Assembly: GCA_963820525.1 (NCBI GenBank)
Contig: CAWGAA010000002.1
Location: 224,001-288,000, forward strand
DNA: 64,000 nt
Reading direction: 5' to 3'
Source of the DNA: an uncultured Spirochaetota bacterium
GTDB taxonomy: Bacteria; Spirochaetota; Spirochaetia; SZUA-6; Fen-1364
Shown in pieces: positions 38,155 to 47,604 of this stretch (position 1 is the stretch's first letter; every line of letters starts with the position of its first letter). Position numbers and translations under genes: made by a program. The notes beneath the pieces are model-generated. The model made no database searches. It saw only the letters and a program-made list of their open reading frames with translations, and had not been told where the DNA came from.

Positions 38155-39776
38155 GTCGTGCCTCCTTTCAAATCCTGGAGTGCCATGGCGCGCATCTTGA
38201 ACTTTTGCGATTTGCCCATTTCCGCCTGGGGAAACTCACTCATGAAGCGCACCTGGCTGGGGATCTTGTAGGGCTCCAGAGATCTCCGGCAATAGTCCAG
38301 AACTTCCTGGACCGTCATCTCTGCGCCTTCCTTCAACCGGAGAAAAGCCCATACACTCTCCCCTCCCACCGCCGCCGGCACGCCCACCACCGCCGCCTCT
38401 CCAATCTTGGGGTGGGCAGCCAGGAAGCTCTCGATCTCCGTCGGATAGATATTCTGCCCGCCGCGTATGATGAGATCCTTCTTGCGCCCCACGATGCGCA
38501 GGTAGCCCTTCTCATCGATCGTGGCAAGGTCTCCCGTATAAAGCCAGCCTCCTTCATCGATTACCTCGGCGGTCAGCTCGGGGGCCTGGTAGTAGCCAAG
38601 CATCACACCATCGCCGCGGATGGCCAATTCCCCCACCTGACCAGGCGGAAGGTCGCGTCGGCTCTCATCCACGATTCTGACCTCGATCCCGGCCATCGGA
38701 CGGCCTACTGTCTCGGCCTGTTGGGCGTCGGAATCGGCCAGACTGCCGCAGGCGATCCCTCCCGCGGCCTCGGTCATGCCGAAACCGATATAGACGGCGC
38801 AGTTGAAGCGCTGCTGGATCTCCCGAGCCAGAGAAGGCGGGCACGGCGCGGCCCCGGTTCCACAGACGAGCAGGGATGAGGTGTCAAAGCGGTCCAGGTC
38901 CGGCAGCCCCAGCATAGCCTGATATGCCGTCGGTACCGCCACCAGGACCGTCACCCGCTCTTGTTCCACGAGTGCCAACGCCTCTTGTGGATGGAACTGG
39001 GGCATGGCTACCAGACGGTCGCCCATCAGCAGTCCCTGGAGCATGACATGCAGCCCGGTGATGGAATGCCAGCCAACGGTGGAAAGGAAGGTCTGCGGCC
39101 GGCCGATAGAGCGGAGCAGGCGGGTCCGATAGCGGGCAAGGGCCTTCGCCACCTCCACCACTTTCCTCAGGCTGGAGGGGCGCGACCACAGCTCACGCAC
39201 CTTGAGACTCGCCACAACGGGCGCGATCAGGCTGCTGTGGGTGTGCATTGTCGCCTTGGGCTTGCCGGTGGTCCCCGAAGTGTAGAGGAGGGCCAGGAGG
39301 TCGCCCGGCGCCACCGCGACTGGAGGCAGGATGGTGGGGCCCGCGTTCATGAGCGCAGCCAGCGTGAGACCGCTGCGCTCCTCGCCTGCCAGGATGACGT
39401 GGCGAAGGCCGGCAGCCTGCCGCAGTACCTCACCTTCGACGGAACGCGTCGTCACGAGCGCCAGAGGCTCGGCGTCGCTCAATATATCGCTCAACCCGCG
39501 CTCGCGCAGCTGGGGATTGAGAGGGACGATGACCGCGCCCAATGTGGCCACGGCGAAGAACAGGTAGACGAACTCGGGCCCCGGCGGCAGAAGGGCCACG
39601 ACCTTGTCCGCTTTCCGTATGCCGAGTCCGACAAGGCCGCGGGCCAGAGCGTTGATCCGCTCAAGCAACTGCCCGTTGGTGAGCCGCGTCGGGCCGCAGA
39701 CCAGCACTTCCTGGTCGGGGCGGGCCTCACTGATCAGCCGAATCGCTTCGCCCATCGTCAGCTTGGCGTTCAGCAT
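38151..39776 (-). CDS. AMP-forming acyl-CoA/acyl-ACP ligase
   Basis: YTSGTTGKPKA, GFGMTE, WLYTGDL, GRKKDLIIRGGQNIYP. Confidence 0.92.
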   Translation of the reverse strand: MLNAKLTMGEAIRLISEARPDQEVLVCGPTRLTNGQLLERINALARGLVGLGIRKADKVVALLPPGPEFVYLFFAVATLGAVIVPLNPQLRERGLSDILSDAEPLALVTTRSVEGEVLRQAAGLRHVILAGEERSGLTLAALMNAGPTILPPVAVAPGDLLALLYTSGTTGKPKATMHTHSSLIAPVVASLKVRELWSRPSSLRKVVEVAKALARYRTRLLRSIGRPQTFLSTVGWHSITGLHVMLQGLLMGDRLVAMPQFHPQEALALVEQERVTVLVAVPTAYQAMLGLPDLDRFDTSSLLVCGTGAAPCPPSLAREIQQRFNCAVYIGFGMTEAAGGIACGSLADSDAQQAETVGRPMAGIEVRIVDESRRDLPPGQVGELAIRGDGVMLGYYQAPELTAEVIDEGGWLYTGDLATIDEKGYLRIVGRKKDLIIRGGQNIYPTEIESFLAAHPKIGEAAVVGVPAAVGGESVWAFLRLKEGAEMTVQEVLDYCRRSLEPYKIPSQVRFMSEFPQAEMGKSQKFKMRAMALQDLKGGTT

Positions 39777-39786
39777 GGCGGCCTCC

Positions 39787-40927
39787 TCACAGCTTCATCC
39801 GGTATAAACGGTAGTGTTTATAAAGCTCGGCACCCCGGCCCCGGGCGATGAGGTTGATCGTGGGGTTCAACTCGGAAGTAAGGGAACCATCGAGCCATTT
39901 ATAGCCCTTCCCCTTGGCCGTTCTCAGCGCTTGCAAGCAGAGCAGAGCATCGATGCCCCGCCGGCGGTATTCCTCCAGGACGCCCATCAGCTTGAACGAG
40001 ACGACGTCGACCTCGCGGATGTAGCGTTTGATCTTGAGCCAGTTGAAGGGAAAGAGCTGCCCGTCGAGGCGGATGAGCACGCGATTGGTGTCGGGGATGA
40101 GGACGCAGAAGCCCACCGCTTTGCCCTCTATCTCGGCGATGAGCGCCAGGTCCTGGTCCAGGAAAGGCCGCATCTGATCGGCAAGGCGCCGGAACTCGGC
40201 CTCGCTGAGCGGGACAGCGTCGGGAATCTGGCTCATCTGTGGCATTGAAGAGGCAGCGTATGATGGATACCTCACGATCCCAGTCCCCCATACGTATCCT
40301 GCGGATGGTGGTATTGCCCACCCGTTGGGCGACATCGGCCGCGCGGGTAATGCCGGATGGACCGCCTTTGAGCTCGTTGCCGACCTGCTCGAAAGTGGCC
40401 CGCCAGGCGTAGAGGTCATGGTCCTTTTCCATCCCATAGCGTTCCAGGAAATCCTTATAGTAGGCCGGCGTGTGGGCTTCCAGCATCGCGGGCGGGTAAT
40501 CGGTGCCCGCGATCAGCACGCCGGGGCAATCGTTGTCACCGAAGCTGGTCGGGCCACGCAGCGACGTCATGCCGTGGGCGCGCAACCATTCGCGGCAGAC
40601 GTCCAGCAGCTGCCTGGCAACTTCGAACTCATTGACGACCTCGAAGAAGCCGAAGCCGCCCTCCGCCAGGCACATGTTCGCGACGCGGGAGTGGTCGACA
40701 AAGGCGGCAATGGTCCCCAGCTCTTCCCGGCCCCGCCGGGCCATGAAGAGGGCGACGTCAGCCTGTTTGTAGAAAAGGCCCCTGGACGGATCGAGGTATT
40801 CGAGGCGCTCGGAGATTAAAGGAGGTACCCAGTTGCGGTCACCCTTGTAGACCCGCCACGGGAATCTGATAAAGGCTTTCCGGTCACGTTGAGTGGTGAC
40901 GAGGTGGATCTCAACGGATTCGCTCAC
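39787..40927 (-). CDS. YghO/bCerS-like GNAT acyltransferase, with 1-nt frameshift at ~40237
   Basis: FIRFPWRVY..WVPPL, GFGFFE, LRGP, HTPAYY..LE.YG..K..DL.AW; C-terminal GVLEEYRRRGID..YKHYRLY lies in a second frame. Confidence 0.75.
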
Positions 40928-41093
40928 TGCCGCTCCCCATTTTCGCTCACCATCCTCACTATGGCCCATGCTAACCGGAAAATGCAATCCTGAAAAGCAA
41001 GCGTCGTTGCCGTCATACTCGGCACTCTCTGACGGCCCGCCGTCGTCACGGTACAATTGCCTACGCGCGGGCTCTGTCAGGAGGCGTTCCATA

Positions 41094-41717
41094 GTGAAAG
41101 AGCCTGGTTCTTCCCTCTTCGCTTTCTTCTCCCTCCCCGCCGTGACAGCCAATCGCGGCGGCATGGTCACATCCTGGAATCGAGCGGCAGAGAGTTTGTG
41201 GAGCCTTCCGGCGGAGAAAGCCCTCGGGCGGCCTCTCGAGGAGCTGATCCAGGTCGGGCCGGGAATCGCGCTTTCCCAGATCATCCAGGCGGTCGGAGAG
41301 CGAGGGTCATGGATGGGGGAGTGCACGCTGGGCGCCCCAGGGGGCCGCTCGGTCAGGGGGATATTGGCCGCCGGTTCCTTCGGTCCTCGCGGACACAGTG
41401 GGCGGGGAATTGCCCTTTTCTTTCTTGAAAACGGTGGATTCAGTGGCGCCGCGGAGGCGCCCGGGGAGGGCGAAAACCGATACCGAAGCATTTTCAGGCT
41501 TCCCGGCGTATCAATTTGGGAAGAGGACATCTCGGAGCTTCAGGGGGCGCTGAGAGAGCTGAAGGAGCAGGGGGTGCGGGATCTGAGAAGGTACCTGGAC
41601 GAGCACCCCGAGTTCATCGAAAACGCCGCCGGCATGATCAAAGTAATCGACGTCAATGACCACACGCTCCAGCTCTTCGAGGCGCGGAGCAATTGTACGA
41701 TACAGTCGCGACCGTAG
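41094..41717 (+). pseudogene. Truncated PAS-domain sensor protein
   Basis: AGGAGG + GTG 41094; PAS segments (VTSWNRAAESLW..ALGR; RYRSIF..VSIWEED..VIDVND) end abruptly at ~41692 with no output domain. Confidence 0.65.
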
Positions 41718-42148
41718 TACATTGGATCGAAGATCCGACGACGGACGCCACATGGGAAAATACTCTGGTCATCGTTATGGCGGATCACGAAACCGGCTGC
41801 CTTTCCGCCGCCCCCGGAGCTTTCCCCGATGCGCCGCTGGGGGAGGTGAGCCCGCGCACACTGACCCTTGAGAAGCCGTTGGACACGGGGCGGAGAGCGA
41901 GCTGGGAAGATGCGGACGGCAACGGCGCGATCGACGCGGGAGAGGCGGTTTATTGGGCGTGGAACACCTCCGGCCATTCCAACTCCCTGATCCCCTTGTA
42001 CGCGAAAGGCGCCGGTGCCTCTTTGTTCCAACAGTACGCGAATCGGAACGATCCGCGGCGAGGCGCATACATTGACAACACGGATGTATTTAAAGTGATG
42101 AACGCTGTGACCCACGGTTGGGGTGAACCCTCGGGCCTCACCGATTGA
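41693..42148 (+). pseudogene. C-terminal fragment of an alkaline phosphatase-family enzyme
   Basis: NTLVIVMADHETG, SGHS..IPLYAKGAGA, IDNTDVF; no RBS, signal peptide or N-terminal catalytic region. Confidence 0.7.
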
Positions 42149-44363
42149 AGTAGAACCACACGATCATGGATGCAATGAAGAAACGGTAGCGGGAAGACGC
42201 GGCCAGGCGGTGGTTCGCGATCGTGCCGGAGAATACTCGAGAGAGCTCGACTCCGTCGCAGCGTATTGCCAGCCGTCCGAGGACATCCGCCGCCTGGTCA
42301 GTGAACTCGTCTCCCCGCCGGGCGGCGTTTGAAGCCAGCTCCTTCAAGGGCGAGTAATCCCTCCGCGATTCCCTCTCCCTTTCTGCGATGAAGTCGAGAA
42401 GGCGCGCCGTTCCGCCTGAGGGCGCCTCGAGAAACTCGGAGAAAAGCGGATAGAACCACTCTCCCATCCCCAGGATGCCCGCGATGGAGAGGATGAGCTC
42501 CTCTCTCAGGTGCTGGGAAAGGCGTCCGCTCGCCTTCTGGAGAAGCACCTCTACGGATGAGGCGTCGCGGAAGATTTCCATGGCCGCGGCCCCATGGATG
42601 ATGAGGCGCGGATTGTCGGTCCTCTGCACGATCCCGCGGATGGCGGCGAGGCTGTCGCGATCCGCCAGCCGGGCGAGGGAAACCATGCATTTTCCTGCCA
42701 GGAAGTAGTCCCGGGACGCGAGGCCCTGGCGGAGGGCTTTCAGGCTGTCGCGGACCGCTTTTTCCCCCAGGATCTCGGCAGCGATATAGGCGGTCGTGAA
42801 TGGGTGGTCCCGCACCTCGGCGATGAGCGCCCTGTTCACGCGCTTATCCACCGGAAGGGCCCTCAAGGCGTTGAGCGCGGCGGTCCGGATGATGAAGCGG
42901 GGAGAGGCGAGCTTTCCCAACAGCTGCCCGATGGAGACCTCCGACTGCGATTGGGCCAGCGCGTCGATGACGCTCTGCTCCTCGCGGATGCTCTGCGATC
43001 GTCCCAACCGCCGAAGGAGGGACAGCGCCCGCATGTCGCGGGGGGAAAAGATGATTCCGATGGAATCCCTGATCGAGTAGCTTCCGATATTCTCGAGGCT
43101 CGAGACCAGGAGGAAGGTGGCCGTGCTCAAGGCAACCACGAAAGCGAAAAACAGGCGATACAGCTCGGCGGGGTGCCACGAGGTGATTTTCTGAAGCCAT
43201 TCGAGGAATGCCCCGCCGGCCAGGGCGCCCGCGGCGCCCGACACCCCCGCGACGATCTGGTAGAGGATGCCGAGGTTGAGGTTCTCCCGCGAGCTGACGA
43301 TGGAGAAGAAATAGGTCTGGGCGGCGTTTCCCGCGCCCGATGCCCCAAGGGAGAAGAGGAAGAACACTCCCGCGGCCAGCAGCCACCACAGAAAGGGGGA
43401 AGGAAGGGGAGGAGAGGCGATCAAGGGGACCAGGCCGATCGTGGCGGCGACCATGAAAAAGAAGAAGAGGGGCTTCGAGCCGAGCCTGTCTATCGTGAGG
43501 CCGCTGGCCAGTGCCATTGCGATGGCGCCCAGCCCGCCGATCACGGTGAGGATCATGGCCTGGGAATCGCTTGCCCCGTAGACCTCTTTCATGGCAACGA
43601 TGAGGAAGGGGCCCGCCATGGATGTCACGAAGACGACGGCGAACAAGGAAGCGATGAAGCGGGTGAAGCTGCCGCTCACGAAGGCCTTCCGCGTTGTTGC
43701 GAGCACCCCTTCGGATCCTCGCGTCGAAAACTCCCGAGGCTCGGGGAGCTTGAAGACGAGGTACGCCGCATACAAACCGGAGAGGATTCCCACCGCGAAG
43801 AATGCGGCGTACATGCCCAGGGGGGCGGTTTCCCCCAGAAGCAGGGCCATGGCAACGCCGACCAGCGGCGCGGAGATGTTCACCAGCAGTTGGATGAAGG
43901 AGATGTACTCTCCGCGGTCCTTGTGTCCCGCAAGCTCCGCGAGGATGGGGTTGAAGGTAGTGACGGCGATGCCCCGGGCGACATTGAATCCCAGCACTCC
44001 GATTACGAGCAGGTCCATGGACAAGCGATGGAAGCCGGTAAGCGCCAGGGGAGGGGAGAAGAGCAGGGGGAGCATCAGCACGTAGCGAAGCACCCAGAAG
44101 ACCCCCATGAGGGTCGTCGCCTTCATGCGGGGCACGAGAGGCCGTCCCAGGAGCACCATGACGGGAGAAAGGCTGGTGAACGCGGAAAGCGCGCCGATGA
44201 GGAAGCTCCCCGCGCCCAGGCGAAGGGCGTACAGCGTGATGATGTTCCCGCTCAGGAGCTGAAAAGAGGCGGTGTTGAGGACATTGAAGAGCGAAAACAG
44301 CTTCCTGCCGTTCGCGATCTCCGCGGGCGACAATCGCTTTACGCGCATTGCTTTCCGGATCAA
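42138..44363 (-). CDS. MFS transporter fused to C-terminal HEAT-like repeats (start 44363 or 44348)
   Basis: ~12 TM segments, TIDRLGSK MFS motif, then HEAT-like helices (IRTAALNAL, AAEILGE). Confidence 0.75.
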   Translation of the reverse strand: MIRKAMRVKRLSPAEIANGRKLFSLFNVLNTASFQLLSGNIITLYALRLGAGSFLIGALSAFTSLSPVMVLLGRPLVPRMKATTLMGVFWVLRYVLMLPLLFSPPLALTGFHRLSMDLLVIGVLGFNVARGIAVTTFNPILAELAGHKDRGEYISFIQLLVNISAPLVGVAMALLLGETAPLGMYAAFFAVGILSGLYAAYLVFKLPEPREFSTRGSEGVLATTRKAFVSGSFTRFIASLFAVVFVTSMAGPFLIVAMKEVYGASDSQAMILTVIGGLGAIAMALASGLTIDRLGSKPLFFFFMVAATIGLVPLIASPPLPSPFLWWLLAAGVFFLFSLGASGAGNAAQTYFFSIVSSRENLNLGILYQIVAGVSGAAGALAGGAFLEWLQKITSWHPAELYRLFFAFVVALSTATFLLVSSLENIGSYSIRDSIGIIFSPRDMRALSLLRRLGRSQSIREEQSVIDALAQSQSEVSIGQLLGKLASPRFIIRTAALNALRALPVDKRVNRALIAEVRDHPFTTAYIAAEILGEKAVRDSLKALRQGLASRDYFLAGKCMVSLARLADRDSLAAIRGIVQRTDNPRLIIHGAAAMEIFRDASSVEVLLQKASGRLSQHLREELILSIAGILGMGEWFYPLFSEFLEAPSGGTARLLDFIAERERESRRDYSPLKELASNAARRGDEFTDQAADVLGRLAIRCDGVELSRVFSGTIANHRLAASSRYRFFIASMIVWFYFNR

Positions 44364-44372
44364 AGCTCGCGG

Positions 44373-45646
44373 TCAGAAGTCCGTCTCGACAACTCCATCG
44401 ACAACGCGGCACTCGTGGACCGCGAAGGCGTCACGGTAGGCGGGGTAGCTTCGGGGATAGGCGGTCTCTACCGCGCTTCGAAGCGCCAGGATCGCCTCGG
44501 CCTTGACCAGCGCGCCTGACGCCCCCTTGTCTCCGCCGCCGAGCATCCGCTCGCCAAGGACCCCGGCACCGTGCGGGCGATGTCGCACATCGTCTCCATC
44601 TCCGGCCCCGAGATCCGATACTTGTCGCGCAGGCCGATCCCGTCGGCGCGGAAGATCGTTCCAACGGATTCGATGTCCCCCGCTCTCCACGCTTCGAGCA
44701 TCCGCGAGAAGCGCTCCTGCGCCTCGAAGATGTAGGTGAGCCGATCGCACAGATCGGGGTGGGAAGCCTGGAACCTTTCCAGAATGGCGCGATACTGGGC
44801 TTCCGATTTGACGTCGGCGAGCATCCGGATGCCGAACTCCGGGGCAGCCATGCGGGCGAGCTCCTCGCATTCGGCCCTGCGCAGCCGGTAGGTCGATTTC
44901 TCCAGCCCCGGGCGCACGGTGCCCGTGTCCAGGCTCACGATCCGAAAGTCGATCGCGCCCTTGCCCAGGGGAACATGCCTGATGGTGCGCGTTGCGGGGG
45001 TGTAATGGGTTCCCATTCCCGCCCTGGCGAAATAGATCATGATCTGGTCGAGCTGACCGCAGGGAGACCCGATGTAGTCGTTTTCCACCGCCTGTGCAAG
45101 GTCGATGATCCGCATCTGGTCTCCGCCAAGCTCGAGGCCGTTGGCCTCCAGGGCTGTGAGCATGAGATTTATCGTGAGGGAGGCGGAGCGCGACATGCCG
45201 CCGCCGGGGATGTTGCCGATAAGCGCCGCGTCGAACCCCTTTTCAGGCCGCAGTCCCTCGCGGCGCAGGATGAAGTCCACTCCAAAGGGGAACCGGGCCC
45301 ATGTGTCGGCGATCTCGGGCGAGCGCGGCGTCGGCGTCTGTCCGGAGCTGAACTCCACGATCCCTTCGCTCATGAAGTTCCCGCTTGCAAGGCGTATCAG
45401 TTCCGTACCATTGGGCTTCCACGCCATCCAGATGAAACGGTCCGTGCCGACGCCGAACAGCTCCGTGCCATTGTAGTCTCCATGCTCCACTCCCAGGCAG
45501 AAGCGGGAGGATGTGCGGCGAAGCCGGCCGCCCTCCACGTCCAGGCCGGATTGTTTCGCCAGGCGGCGGAGCGCCGCCCGTGCTTCGGCATCGTCCCGTG
45601 GTACCCGCGGGCTCGGGGAAGAAGATGGTGAGTGTGATTCGCTCAT
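44373..45646 (-). CDS. Galactokinase-family GHMP sugar kinase, with 1-nt frameshift at ~44561-44564
   Basis: GVEHGDYNG, IPGGGMSRSAS, ENDYIGSPCGQLDQ, YRLRRAEC; C-terminal GERMLGGG lies in an adjacent frame. Confidence 0.8.
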
Positions 45647-45660
45647 ATCGATCCTCATCG

Positions 45661-45738
45661 CTTATATCCCGGCTTTCATCATACGTCAAGGATGCGGCGG
45701 GATTGACGTTGACAGCACGATGGCGTTGCATCTATACT
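45661..45738. promoter_or_regulatory. Divergent putative sigma70 promoters
   Basis: Minus: TTGACG(45689-45684)-N17-TATAAG; plus: TTGACA(45709)-N18-TATACT(45733). Confidence 0.5.
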
Positions 45739-45774
45739 GGCTGAAACGTTCGTCATTTCCTTGGGAGGGGAACA

Positions 45775-47526
45775 ATGGCCGAACAGCTCATCGTCAAGAA
45801 TCTGCCCTTTATACGGATCCTCCCGTCCTGGGCGCAGGAACTGTCTTACAAGTATTGCTCCAAGACCGCCAATCTTTACATCCTCTCGGGCAATATCCGG
45901 GACTTTCTCCCCCACAAGATGCAGGAGGGGGAGTTCAATTTCGTGAAGATCCAGGATTACGTCTCCGAGGTCCTCTTCGGAAACCGGGACATCATCGCGT
46001 TCTACGATCGCTCCTCGGGGGTGAGTTTCTGTAAGCCCGATATGAAGCGAGACTACCTGGCCAAGATGAAGCAGCTGGTGTCCAAAGCCTCCCCGGCCAG
46101 CCTCCTGTCGAGAAACCCGATCAAGGCGTTCACCCACCTGGAGAGATACTTCACTGCCAACATCCCGCACAACCGCAGGATCGTCCTCATCATCGACTAC
46201 TCGGAGACGGTGGTGCCCAATACGGACATCTCCCGTTACACCGACGAGGACCGCTTCTGCCTCGTCACCCTGAACCGCTGGGCCAACGACCCGATATTCA
46301 CCCAGGGCGACGTTTCCATCATCCTCCTCACCGAGAACCTGGCGGACCTCAACGCCGCCATTGTGCGCTCGCCCAGCGCGATCAAGGTCAACATCCCCAT
46401 CCCTGACGCGAAGGTCCGTGAAAGCTTCCTCGCCTTCCTCGACAGAAACGAGAAGCTGCTCATGGAGGAAGCTCTCACCGTCGCCGAGTTCGCCAAGATG
46501 ACGGGAGGCCTCAACCTGGTGAACCTCAACCAGCTTGCCGCGGAGAGCTTCCAGGAGGACAAGGAGATCGGCCTCGCGTACCTGAAGGAAAGGAAGAAAC
46601 AGATCATCGAGGCGGAAGCGGTGGGGCTGCTCGAGTTCATCGAGAGCGAGCACGACTTGAACGCCGTCTCGGGACACGACTTCGTGAAGAAGCGCTTCCG
46701 AAGCGCGGCCAAGGCGATACGCGAGGCGCGCTTCGACGTGCTTCCCATGGGCTATCTCATTGCCGGGCCGGTGGGCACCGGCAAGAGCTTCATGGTGAGC
46801 GCCTTCACCGGAGAGATCGGCATTCCCATGGTCATGTTCAGGAACTTCCGCTCCAAGTGGCAGGGGGTCACCGAATCCAACCTGGAAAAGATCCTCAACA
46901 TCCTGAAGGCCATGGCGCCGGTGGGCGTCATGATCGACGAGGCGGATGCCTTCCTCGGGGACAGGAACCAGGAGGGGGATTCGGGCACCAGCAACCGGAT
47001 CTTCGCCCAGATCGCCTCCTTCATGGGCAACACCGAGTATCGGGGAAAGATCATCTGGTTTCTCATCACCTGCCGGCCGGACCTCCTGCCCATCGACCTG
47101 AAGCGCCAGGGCAGGGCCGAGGAGCACCTCGCCCTCTTCTATCCCGAGACCATGGAGGAGAAGGAGAACCTCTTCGACACTCTGGTGAAGAAGCTCTCCC
47201 TGCGGATCCAGAAGGTCAACATCGTGGAGCTCTTCAAGCGATACAAGTACGAGTTTTCGGGCGCAGACCTCGAATCCGTCTTGATCCGCGCCAAGTTTCT
47301 CTCCGCCATGAACGGCCATGTTTTCGTGACCCGGGGAGACCTGGAGGAAACCCTCCAGGATTTCATGCCTCCCGCCTATCCCTACGAGATCGAGCTGCAG
47401 AACCTGGTCGCGGTGCTCGAGTGCACAAGCCGGGAGATGGTTCCCAAGCGTTTCCAGGACATGAGCCGCGACAGGCTCGTCACCGAGATCAAGCAGCTGA
47501 AGATCCTCCTGCACGAGCGGGAGTAG
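45775..47526 (+). CDS. AAA+ ATPase (Ycf46/Vps4/SpoVK-like) with degenerate N-terminal AAA-like domain
   Basis: GPVGTGKS, SKWQGVTE, VMIDEAD, LKRQGR, SGADLE. Confidence 0.85.
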   Translation: MAEQLIVKNLPFIRILPSWAQELSYKYCSKTANLYILSGNIRDFLPHKMQEGEFNFVKIQDYVSEVLFGNRDIIAFYDRSSGVSFCKPDMKRDYLAKMKQLVSKASPASLLSRNPIKAFTHLERYFTANIPHNRRIVLIIDYSETVVPNTDISRYTDEDRFCLVTLNRWANDPIFTQGDVSIILLTENLADLNAAIVRSPSAIKVNIPIPDAKVRESFLAFLDRNEKLLMEEALTVAEFAKMTGGLNLVNLNQLAAESFQEDKEIGLAYLKERKKQIIEAEAVGLLEFIESEHDLNAVSGHDFVKKRFRSAAKAIREARFDVLPMGYLIAGPVGTGKSFMVSAFTGEIGIPMVMFRNFRSKWQGVTESNLEKILNILKAMAPVGVMIDEADAFLGDRNQEGDSGTSNRIFAQIASFMGNTEYRGKIIWFLITCRPDLLPIDLKRQGRAEEHLALFYPETMEEKENLFDTLVKKLSLRIQKVNIVELFKRYKYEFSGADLESVLIRAKFLSAMNGHVFVTRGDLEETLQDFMPPAYPYEIELQNLVAVLECTSREMVPKRFQDMSRDRLVTEIKQLKILLHERE

Positions 47527-47567
47527 GCCGGCGGCGGCGCGCCTTTCCGCACGCGCCTGTCCACAGG

Positions 47568-47596
47568 TTGAAGCGCGAAGATTCTTGCCGTACAAT
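47568..47596 (+). promoter_or_regulatory. Putative sigma70 promoter
   Basis: TTGAAG-N17-TACAAT, 8 nt before ATG 47605. Confidence 0.5.
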
Positions 47597-47604
47597 ACTC
47601 CATC

